Assembly (NCBI GenBank): GCA_036127675.1
Contig: JAYYRA010000040.1
Location: 15,309-79,308 of the forward strand
Direction of reading: 5' to 3'
DNA from: Verrucomicrobiota bacterium
Lineage (GTDB): Bacteria; Verrucomicrobiota; Verrucomicrobiia; Opitutales; Seribacteraceae
Length of the DNA stretch: 64,000 nucleotides
The position numbers and the translations under genes are program-made. Below are positions 8,426-16,645 of the stretch, in pieces (the first letter of the stretch is position 1; every line of letters begins with the position of its first letter). Under the pieces are notes generated by a model. That model made no database searches. It had not been told where the DNA came from and saw only the letters and a list, made by a program, of their open reading frames with translations.

Positions 8426-9558
8426 TGTAAACCTACGGTAAATACATTTGCTTCCGGATAAACCTTTTGGTTAGTTTTGCCATCTCTGCCTTTTGTGAGA
8501 TAGCGGTCGATCCCAGCATCGAGTTTTAGATCATCCACTACAAGATAAGTAAATTTCAAACCTAACGTGTGGGAATCAAAATCAGACAATCTGTAATCAG
8601 CGGAATAAAATGGTCCATTGAAGCGATTGGGGGAATCCATGAAGGACTCATATTTTCGTGTAAGAGATGAGTAAAAAGAGCTTTGGTTTTGTGTGTAATA
8701 ACGATATCGAGGAGACCAAATCCACCGATCACCAATTCTGCGGTTAAATTCGAATTCCAAAGTATGACCACTTAAATCATGGTCATCCTGGAAGTAGCGG
8801 TAGGAAAAATGAGTCCCAAGTTCCAGACTCTCTAAGTAGCGAGAGATCTCAGTGTAAAAAACTATGATTTCCCTTTCTTCCGGTCTATTTTCTTCAAAGA
8901 GGAAAATTTCATCGGGTGCCCAAGCAAATCTTTCATCTACCGGAATTGCTTTATAGGGATCACTCAGGTACCCGCTTGGATAAGAATAGGTAAAGTTTAT
9001 GGAAATCGAAGTGAACTTATCTAAAATGCGGGTTAATCCAACGGCAATGGAAGGAGTTTTCTTCGTCTCAAAATCACCATTAAAATTTTTGACAGAATCA
9101 TCTTGAAAAGAAAAACCTGAGCTTAGAAGAAGGGTGTCAGCTGCTAATTTATGGGAATATTTAATCGCATAGCTTTTTGAAAGATAGTCGGGTTCATCAC
9201 TAATGCCATACTCAAGGCCAAAAAGGTATTCTGAAGACTCTTTTCCAATGTTGAACAGTCCAGCCTTTCGAATTTCCTCGGGAACTAAATTCAACCACTC
9301 GTTGGGATTAGATAGAGTAGCTTTATTTGGCGGTAATCCATTGGGAGTAGCACCAGACCATGCATCAATCGTCCCAAGAAATTCAAATGTCCAATCTTGC
9401 TGAAGAGAAACTTCAGTCTCGGCATACCACGACCTTACTTCGACGCGGTCATTATCCTCGATCCATTCACGATATTTTCCCCGTAATGAATTTTGCCCAT
9501 TACCTTTACTCGAGATCAAATTGAAACAGATCAGGAATTGAAGAAATAGTCGGTTCAT
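8413..9558 (-). CDS. DUF3570 family outer-membrane beta-barrel with flavinylation-like motif DAWSGAT
   Basis: Signal peptide; DAWSGATP, EPDYLS, GYLSDPYK, RYYTQ, SADYRLS; C-terminal aromatic (QWEY); adjacent to apbE and DUF4266. Confidence 0.85.
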   Translation of the reverse strand: MNRLFLQFLICFNLISSKGNGQNSLRGKYREWIEDNDRVEVRSWYAETEVSLQQDWTFEFLGTIDAWSGATPNGLPPNKATLSNPNEWLNLVPEEIRKAGLFNIGKESSEYLFGLEYGISDEPDYLSKSYAIKYSHKLAADTLLLSSGFSFQDDSVKNFNGDFETKKTPSIAVGLTRILDKFTSISINFTYSYPSGYLSDPYKAIPVDERFAWAPDEIFLFEENRPEEREIIVFYTEISRYLESLELGTHFSYRYFQDDHDLSGHTLEFEFNRRIGDRWIWSPRYRYYTQNQSSFYSSLTRKYESFMDSPNRFNGPFYSADYRLSDFDSHTLGLKFTYLVVDDLKLDAGIDRYLTKGRDGKTNQKVYPEANVFTVGLQWEY

Positions 9559-9696
9559 GGAATCAATACTTAATAGGAGTCTGGAATCGTCAACTCTTTC
9601 AACAATGTTTTACGATGGAAAAAAATTTATTTTCAAAAATTCATCTGTACACTTGTCATCTGATCCCCGTTGAATAACGATTCATGACTTTAAAAA

Positions 9697-10368
9697 ATGC
9701 TTCAAATAAACAATTTAAACAAGTGCTTTCGAAATCATGACGGTAAACGCATTCAAGTTGTGGATGTGGAAGATTTCTACATGGAGAAAGGAAGCATGGT
9801 TGCCATCCATGGGGAAAGCGGATCGGGAAAAAGCACATTTTTGAATTTGATTGCAGGAATTGTCCAGCCTGATGGGGGGGAAATTAAGTTAAATGGTCTT
9901 ACACTAAACGGGCTTACGGAAAACCAGAGAGACCAGCTACGAGCTTCTTCCATTGGTTATATCTTTCAATCATTTCATTTGCTTCAGGGATATTCTGCCT
10001 TGGAAAACCTTGAGATTTCCATGGCTTGGGGGGGCAAAGTAGATCCTGCAAAAGCTAGAAGACTGCTAGATGCAGTTGGCTTATCCGACCGCATACATCA
10101 CTTGCCAAATCAGTTGTCGCTTGGGCAACAACAGCGAGTCGCTCTGGCACGTGCTTTGGTAAATGAACCACAACTAATACTAGCAGATGAGCCAACGGGT
10201 AATCTTGATTCCCATAATGCCGAGGTATCCATGGAGATGATCAAGGAGTTGTCGTCTGCCAATCAAGCCAGTCTTTTGGTGGTGAGTCATGATCCCAAAA
10301 TCATTTCATCTTTTGATCATAATTTGAATTGGGAGTCTCTAAATGCCGCATCTGGTAAGTATGTATAA
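9697..10368 (+). CDS. ABC transporter ATP-binding protein (LolD/MacB-type; ZrgB-like)
   Basis: GESGSGKST, LSLGQQQRV, LADEPTGNLD. Confidence 0.93.
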   Translation: MLQINNLNKCFRNHDGKRIQVVDVEDFYMEKGSMVAIHGESGSGKSTFLNLIAGIVQPDGGEIKLNGLTLNGLTENQRDQLRASSIGYIFQSFHLLQGYSALENLEISMAWGGKVDPAKARRLLDAVGLSDRIHHLPNQLSLGQQQRVALARALVNEPQLILADEPTGNLDSHNAEVSMEMIKELSSANQASLLVVSHDPKIISSFDHNLNWESLNAASGKYV

Positions 10369-11591
10369 TGATGATTAGACCAGGTCTTAAAATTATTTTC
10401 TTTTTGGCCCTTCGCGGAATACGAAAGCATGGCTTTTCTTCGTTTGTCGCAGTATTTACCATTTCGATGGCCGCTGGACTTTTTTTGAGTACCTGGCAAA
10501 TTAATCAGGAGACAAGGCGAGCTTTTAATAATTCAGCAAATGGGTTTGACGCTGTATTGGGTGCCCGAGGCTCGAAATTGCAAATTATTTTGAATTCACT
10601 CTTTCACTTGGAGGAATCTCCGGGAAATCTTCCCTGGGAACAATATGAGTTGATTAAAAATACCTCTGGAGTCAGAAGAGCATTCCCAATTGCAGTTGGC
10701 GACAATTATCACGGTTACCGACTTGTGGGAACAGAGCCAGAAATGTTTTTTGAGCACGAATGGAAGCCTGGTCAGAAATTTATTGTTAAATCAGGTGGTC
10801 GTATTTTTTCGGCTCTGGCCAAAGAAGCACTGGTGGGTGCTTTCGTAGCCAAAAAACTTGGGCTTAATATAGGGGATAAATTTCATCCATATCATGGTCT
10901 TGACTTCAAGGAGGAAAATAAACACCAAGACATATATGTGGTGGTTGGGGTGCTTGAATCGACTGGCACACCTGCAGATCGGGTTATTTGGGTCCCAATA
11001 AAAGGAATTCAATTGATGGAAGGACACGATAAATCCATGGCTCAAACCATTAGTGCCGTTCTCCTAAAGCTGAATGGGTCCGCCGGTATTTCCCTTCATA
11101 CGAAATACAACCGTCAAGGAGATGTTGCTACTCTTGCTTGGCCGGTTGCTTCGGTATTGAGTAGTTTTTTCGATAAATTTAGTTGGTTTCAAAAGGTCTT
11201 GGAAATAATCGCAGCTATGGTGGCAATTATTAGCTGTATGATTATTTTGTTAACCCTAAGATCGTCAATGAATGAAAGAAAGAGAGAATTTGCAATCCTG
11301 CGATGCTTGGGTGCACCAAGAAAGGCAGTTACAGCGGTGATAATTTGGCAATCTTTGATCTTGGCAGTTGCAGGTGGATTAGCTGGAATAGCAATGAATT
11401 TACTGATTAATCTAACCGTTTTTCAAGTAATACGTGATAAAACGGGCGTGGTTTTAGAAGTATTTAACCCAGATGTTTCGGTTCTTTTTGTTATTGGGAT
11501 CATTTTAATTGTCGGTTTAATCAGCGGTGCCCTGCCAGCGATTCAAGCGTATAAAAATGAGCTTTCCGAAAACTTGAAATTAAATAGCTGA
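10368..11591 (+). CDS. ABC transporter permease, MacB/FtsX family (ZrgC-like)
   Basis: DAVLGARGS, GDNYHGYRLVGT, ERKREFAILRCLGA; 4-TM topology. Confidence 0.88.
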   Translation: MMIRPGLKIIFFLALRGIRKHGFSSFVAVFTISMAAGLFLSTWQINQETRRAFNNSANGFDAVLGARGSKLQIILNSLFHLEESPGNLPWEQYELIKNTSGVRRAFPIAVGDNYHGYRLVGTEPEMFFEHEWKPGQKFIVKSGGRIFSALAKEALVGAFVAKKLGLNIGDKFHPYHGLDFKEENKHQDIYVVVGVLESTGTPADRVIWVPIKGIQLMEGHDKSMAQTISAVLLKLNGSAGISLHTKYNRQGDVATLAWPVASVLSSFFDKFSWFQKVLEIIAAMVAIISCMIILLTLRSSMNERKREFAILRCLGAPRKAVTAVIIWQSLILAVAGGLAGIAMNLLINLTVFQVIRDKTGVVLEVFNPDVSVLFVIGIILIVGLISGALPAIQAYKNELSENLKLNS

Positions 11592-12371
11592 ATGAACATC
11601 TTTCTTACTTCCACTGTTAATAAGCGTGCTTCAGTACAGATACAAAAGCTTTCAATGCTATGTTTCCTGCTCATTTCTTTTAGTTGCGGAGAAAAAAAGG
11701 AAGTTACTCATATTATAGACTCAAACCAAATTGTCGGAGAGCCAATTTTGGTACCAGAGGATGAGCCAAAAGCTGAGGATGATATAAAACCGCAACCAAA
11801 AGATGTTCTATCAGTGAACTTAGATCACTCCACGATCGAAAAGAATGTAACCAAAACTTTGGAAGGTACAGTAGTTCAAGGAAAGATCAGAACTGATGAC
11901 CAAAACGCAACTGATATTGAAAACATTGAACGCTTGCCCCCTCTGCCGAAAGGAAGTCACTACAAGTCGGTTGATTTTCGTGACTTAACTGATTTCGAAT
12001 ACGAAGTGGAATGGGAGAGAGATGGTATCGAATTTGATTACCCAGCGTTTGCTGAAAGGGTACCTGAAAAACTCAGGAAAATTTCAAATACAAAAGTTGC
12101 AATCGAAGGATTTATGATTCCGACGGTTGTGGATGAGAACAATGAAGTAAAAGAATTTCTTCTTCTGCCCGATCAGATGAGTTGCTGCTTCGGCCAGACT
12201 CCAGAAGCAAATGGATGGGTGGTTGTGAACGCTGATGATGGGGTAGAAGTTATGATGGACCGCATCATTCGCGTGACAGGAGAATTAGTGGTTGAAGAAA
12301 GGTGGGACGAAGAGTTTTTCGTTGGACTATATCATATGACTTGCCGTGAAATCACGGGGCCATCTCTTTAA
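11592..12371 (+). CDS. DUF3299 family (lipo)protein (ZrgD-like)
   Basis: IEGFMIP...EFLLLPDQMSCCFGQTP...IRVTGEL; follows the ABC ATPase and permease. Confidence 0.8.
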   Translation: MNIFLTSTVNKRASVQIQKLSMLCFLLISFSCGEKKEVTHIIDSNQIVGEPILVPEDEPKAEDDIKPQPKDVLSVNLDHSTIEKNVTKTLEGTVVQGKIRTDDQNATDIENIERLPPLPKGSHYKSVDFRDLTDFEYEVEWERDGIEFDYPAFAERVPEKLRKISNTKVAIEGFMIPTVVDENNEVKEFLLLPDQMSCCFGQTPEANGWVVVNADDGVEVMMDRIIRVTGELVVEERWDEEFFVGLYHMTCREITGPSL

Positions 12372-12384
12372 AGAAATTGGGGAT

Positions 12385-12987
12385 TTATTTCTTCTTATTA
12401 GTCTTTGCTTTTGCAGATGACTTAGCTTTGCCAACGGAAACTTTAACCATAAAATCGGGATCTTTTACCGATCCGTTGTTCCCGGATGAACCAAGCTTTA
12501 TTTTATCCACAAATTCCATACCATCTATCACCTGACCCCAAACAGTATATTGGCGGTCTAGGAAAGGGGCTGGTTCGAAACAAATAAAGAACTGACTGTT
12601 TGCACTGTTTGGGCTAGAAGAGCGAGCCATAGAACAAGTGCCTCGGACATGTTTTACATCATTGAATTCTTCCTTTAGGTCGGGTAAATCCGATCCTCCG
12701 GTACCAACCCTTCCGGAATTAAATCCCTTTTTTTTACCATGTTCAACATCTCCAGTTTGAGCCATGAAACCTTCGATAACCCGATGAAAAGCTACTCCGT
12801 CATACTTTCCCTCGGAAGCTAGCTTTTTAATTCTTTCCACATGCTTTGGAGCCTTATCTGGAAAAAGCTCAATTAGAACCGGACCATGTTTAAGTTCGAT
12901 GGTGAGTGTGTTTTCAGGTTTAGGGGACTTAGCTTCAGTCATAACGAATGGAAGCATGAGCAGTGCGTACGCAAAATACTTCATCAT
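12385..12987 (-). CDS. Periplasmic cyclophilin-type peptidyl-prolyl isomerase
   Basis: FHRVIEGFMAQTGD, SMARS..PNSANSQFFI, YTVWGQV; signal peptide. Confidence 0.95.
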   Translation of the reverse strand: MMKYFAYALLMLPFVMTEAKSPKPENTLTIELKHGPVLIELFPDKAPKHVERIKKLASEGKYDGVAFHRVIEGFMAQTGDVEHGKKKGFNSGRVGTGGSDLPDLKEEFNDVKHVRGTCSMARSSSPNSANSQFFICFEPAPFLDRQYTVWGQVIDGMEFVDKIKLGSSGNNGSVKDPDFMVKVSVGKAKSSAKAKTNKKK

Positions 12988-13015
12988 AAGGTGGGGTTAG
13001 AATTGAGTTTTATTT

Positions 13016-13044
13016 ATCGTAGATTTAACGATTTGAGTCGACAA
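13016..13044 (-). promoter_or_regulatory. Putative sigma70 promoter of the cyclophilin gene
   Basis: Minus strand TTGTCG-N17-TACGAT. Confidence 0.45.
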
Positions 13045-13075
13045 AAAACTTAAGCTGCAGTCGAGCCAATAGGTT

Positions 13076-14380
13076 TTAAAGTAGTTCTACCAATGGGTTC
13101 CCTTTATCGGAAAGGGTGAAAGGTCGACGGGTAGGGGAGTAGACGATCTCATCCAATGGTAGTCCTAGAGAGTAGGCAATAGTGGCATTGAAATCAGGAA
13201 TCTCGACTTTATTTTCAATGACTTCCCGTCCTTCTTCATCGGTTTTCCCCCAAATTTGTCCACCACGAATTCCACCGCCTGCAAGCATACAGGAGAAAGC
13301 TTTTGGGTAATGATCCCGTCCTTCATTAACATTAATGGTGGGCGTTCTTCCGAATTCGGTCGCTAGAACCACCAGTGTTTCTTCAAGTAAGCCACGCTTT
13401 GTGAGATCGTCTAAGAGAGCTGATAGTGCTTGATCTAAAATGGCACACCTTTCAGGTACCCGCGAAAAGTTATTTTGATGAGTATCCCACCCACCTAATT
13501 GTACTTCCACAAAGCGAACTTGCCTTTCAACTAATCTTCTGGCTAGAAGAACGCCCTGACCAAAATTATCTGATCCGTAAGAGTCTCGGGTGGTTTGGGA
13601 TTCCTGATTGAGGTCGAACGCCTTAAGGTCCTTGCTTTTCATCAGGCGAACCGCGTCATCATACATATCACTGTAGGCGTTCACCTTATCCAAATTATAC
13701 TTTTCAGTAAAAGAACGATCTAGCCTTTGTGATAAGTCGAGTCCCTGTTCGAACTTTTCTTCGGTCATGCCCCAAAGCTTTTTTACATTTTTTAGTCCTT
13801 CATTTGGATTTCCGACAGCAAGTGGTTGATGGGACGTGGAAAGGAAGCCAGAAAGAGGGTGTCTGCTTCCACCACCTACTACAACTGCTCCGGGAAGAGT
13901 GGGATTAAAACGACCGTCTAGGCGAGTCATCCATGCACCCATACTCGGATGAACGATGGTAGCTCTTTGGGCATAGCTGGTGTGCATGAAATAATTACCC
14001 TGTTGATGAGCCCCTTTTGTTGAAGTCATTCCTCTTACCACTGCAATCTTGTCAGCATGGTTAGCTAGTAAGGGAAGATTCTCGGCCAATTGGACACCAT
14101 CAGCATTCGTCTTAATTGTCTGAGTGGGTCCACCGGTTTCAGTTCCCGACTTAGGATCGAATGTGTCCAAGTGAGTCATTCCTCCTGACATGTAAAGATA
14201 TATTACATTCTTTGCCTTGGGAGCGTGATTGAGTGGTCGATTTAAGCCAAGGCCAGCACCTCTGAGTGAACGATGGGATGCCCAAGGTAAGATGCTCACA
14301 CCGAGAAAACTTTTGGCAGCCAAAGAAACAAACCTTCTACGATTAAGTTCGTCAGAAAAAGGGAAGGAATTCATATTCAT
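13076..14380 (-). CDS. DUF1501 family protein with Tat signal
   Basis: NRRRF Tat motif; GGMTHLDTFDPK, LARRLVE, GWDTH, EFGRTP, GRDH. Confidence 0.92.
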   Translation of the reverse strand: MNMNSFPFSDELNRRRFVSLAAKSFLGVSILPWASHRSLRGAGLGLNRPLNHAPKAKNVIYLYMSGGMTHLDTFDPKSGTETGGPTQTIKTNADGVQLAENLPLLANHADKIAVVRGMTSTKGAHQQGNYFMHTSYAQRATIVHPSMGAWMTRLDGRFNPTLPGAVVVGGGSRHPLSGFLSTSHQPLAVGNPNEGLKNVKKLWGMTEEKFEQGLDLSQRLDRSFTEKYNLDKVNAYSDMYDDAVRLMKSKDLKAFDLNQESQTTRDSYGSDNFGQGVLLARRLVERQVRFVEVQLGGWDTHQNNFSRVPERCAILDQALSALLDDLTKRGLLEETLVVLATEFGRTPTINVNEGRDHYPKAFSCMLAGGGIRGGQIWGKTDEEGREVIENKVEIPDFNATIAYSLGLPLDEIVYSPTRRPFTLSDKGNPLVELL

Positions 14381-14398
14381 AATAATTTGGTTTAGAAT

Positions 14399-16552
14399 TT
14401 ACTGCACGAATGAAAACTGACGAGTATTGATCAAGGACCAAGCGATGGCAAAATACTCACGATTACGATTAAAGTTAGCCCAAGCGACCTTTTTTTCCAT
14501 GTGTTTTTTCCATGCCTTCTTTTTCTCTTTCGATAAATGTTCAGGGATTTCCTGATTATCGAGAGATGATTGAAAAGCTACTGGCGAGAGCTCTTCCATG
14601 CACATCTTTATTTCTTCAGTTGTAGGTTCCCGATTCAAAATTGAGAGAAATAAGACCTTAATTTTTTCCGTTGGTTCGGTAGCTTCAGATAGATTTTTCA
14701 TTAGTGGAGACTCCTTATTAAACAAAGCCCCATAAAATGTGCCGTTTAGTAAAGTAAGAGCCTGAGTTACAGATGCTTGCCGGTTTGCATTGTCTGCAAT
14801 TTCTCGATCGGACTGGCCAAATACTTGGAGAAAATGACCGGGTTGAGCAGGGGTTTGTAATTCCGAGGCTCTGTATATCTGGCTGCTGAATCCTTTCCAC
14901 TGATCATTTTTCTTGTAGATATTTCCGCTATTTCCATAGAGAGACTTGACTTCAAAGTCTGGACCCATAATCAATTTGGCAAATACGGTACGCTGTTGAT
15001 TTCTAGCCACGCCGTACTCTCTTCTAAGTCGAGAAACGGCTTCTCGGTCATCCGCCTCTTGTGCCTCTCTCAGCTTATCTTGAATTTTTTCCATTTGATC
15101 ATTGATTTCCTTACTAGCCTTGGCTCCTTTTTTTGCCAGTTTGGCAAGTTTGTCTCCATCTAAGGATTCAATTTCTTCCTGATATTGCTGAAAGCGTTCC
15201 AATCTTTGGTCTATTATCTGTGCATTCTGACTTCTGTCATCTGAGTCGGGTATGGACAATGCAACCAGCGAGTCCCAAATTTGTTCTGCCGCCATTCTTT
15301 CAAGAATAGGTCCTTCGAAATAATAAGGCGTTTCAATATTTGGAATAAATTCAGGGGCAGCATGCTCGAATGCGTTAACTCGGAGCAGAATTCTTTGAAA
15401 TTCTTTCAAGTCAAAGTTCACACGAACCATCAGATTTTCTAAATGATTCAAAAGTTCCGGAATAGATGCAACGGTGTCATCCCGCCAATCATCGACGGGC
15501 TCAACCAGACCACGCCCAAAAACTTTTTTCCACATACGATTGGCAATCACTTTGGTAAAACGTGGATTTTCTGGGTTAGTTAACCATTCCCCATACGCGT
15601 GAACCTTCGATTCTCCATCTTTTTGTGAAATAGCAGAGTCAAAGATCGGAGATGGAGTGACTAATGACTTGGGTGCCCCGTCATCATACTGGTAGTCATG
15701 TGGTAGTGAAAGTTTACGGTTTGTATGAGTCGCACCATATCTGAGTGGGCGAAGCATTTCCTGAACAGACCTGCGTAAAGCTTGTGCTTCTTTTGAGTTT
15801 TGTTTCTTTTTTCTGTCTTTGTAAGAGAGTCCTTTCGCTTGGTTTTCAAAATGTTTCTTGATTTTGTTTTGGATATTTCCTCCTTTTGACGAGGAGATAC
15901 CGTAAGTGTATGATGCCATTTGGTAGTATTCCATTTGTGTCCAGCGATCAAAGGGATGATTGTGGCACTGGGCACAAACCATTTGTGTACCAAGGAAAAT
16001 TTGGGTTGTATTCGACATGTTATCGAGGGGCATGCCGGCATCCCGGAGGTAATAGCCGACAGCACCGTTTTCCCAAGGATATCCTTCGGCAGTTATTAAT
16101 TTGTAAGCCATTTCATTGAAAGGAACATTGTTATTAGCCTGTTCTTTTACCCAATGAACATAAAGTTGACCTGCACCGATTTGGTTTCCTCCACGCATCC
16201 GAGTTTGGAGCCTTAGCAAATCAGCCCACCAATTAAACATCTGACTATCAAAAGCAGAAGACTCCACTAGCTGATCAATTAATTGGTCTTTTTTGTTTTT
16301 GGACGGGTTGGCAAGATAGGAAGTCAACTCGTCATGCGTGGCTATTCGACCTGCGGCTTTTAAGTAAAGTCTTCTTGCCAAAAGGGCATCATCGATCTTT
16401 GGGGTAAGATTGACACCATGTTCTTCGTAAGCGGCCTCCAAGATCTGATTGATTGCTTGTACTTCGATGAGAGTTTCCTTTTTTGAAAGTTTTTTTCCCG
16501 AAACAAAAGCAAGGGGTATTAGAATAATGGGCAATACAACGAATAACTTCAT
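14399..16552 (-). CDS. DUF1549/DUF1553 (planctomycete-type cytochrome c-like, PSCyt2/PSD1) protein
   Basis: RRLYL...GR, WWADLLR, CAQCHNHPFD, NRMWKKVFGRGLVEPVDD, QALTLLN, WSLINTRQF. Confidence 0.9.
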   Translation of the reverse strand: MKLFVVLPIILIPLAFVSGKKLSKKETLIEVQAINQILEAAYEEHGVNLTPKIDDALLARRLYLKAAGRIATHDELTSYLANPSKNKKDQLIDQLVESSAFDSQMFNWWADLLRLQTRMRGGNQIGAGQLYVHWVKEQANNNVPFNEMAYKLITAEGYPWENGAVGYYLRDAGMPLDNMSNTTQIFLGTQMVCAQCHNHPFDRWTQMEYYQMASYTYGISSSKGGNIQNKIKKHFENQAKGLSYKDRKKKQNSKEAQALRRSVQEMLRPLRYGATHTNRKLSLPHDYQYDDGAPKSLVTPSPIFDSAISQKDGESKVHAYGEWLTNPENPRFTKVIANRMWKKVFGRGLVEPVDDWRDDTVASIPELLNHLENLMVRVNFDLKEFQRILLRVNAFEHAAPEFIPNIETPYYFEGPILERMAAEQIWDSLVALSIPDSDDRSQNAQIIDQRLERFQQYQEEIESLDGDKLAKLAKKGAKASKEINDQMEKIQDKLREAQEADDREAVSRLRREYGVARNQQRTVFAKLIMGPDFEVKSLYGNSGNIYKKNDQWKGFSSQIYRASELQTPAQPGHFLQVFGQSDREIADNANRQASVTQALTLLNGTFYGALFNKESPLMKNLSEATEPTEKIKVLFLSILNREPTTEEIKMCMEELSPVAFQSSLDNQEIPEHLSKEKKKAWKKHMEKKVAWANFNRNREYFAIAWSLINTRQFSFVQ

Positions 16553-16645
16553 ATAATACAATACTAGTGAATTGTGATTAAAGTTACAGAAGAATATAGA
16601 TTTTTTCGTTATTTTTATTAGGCAACCCCACCGGGATTTTGCCTT

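Noticed and set aside
10144-10159. TGGCACG-TGCT-TTGGT sigma54-like string
   Set aside because: Inside the ABC ATPase CDS (encodes LARAL) and lacks the -12 GC.
16620-16644. Hairpin AGGCAA...TTGCCT after the TonB-dependent receptor gene
   Set aside because: Imperfect stem and no U-tract on the coding (minus) strand, so not called as a terminator.
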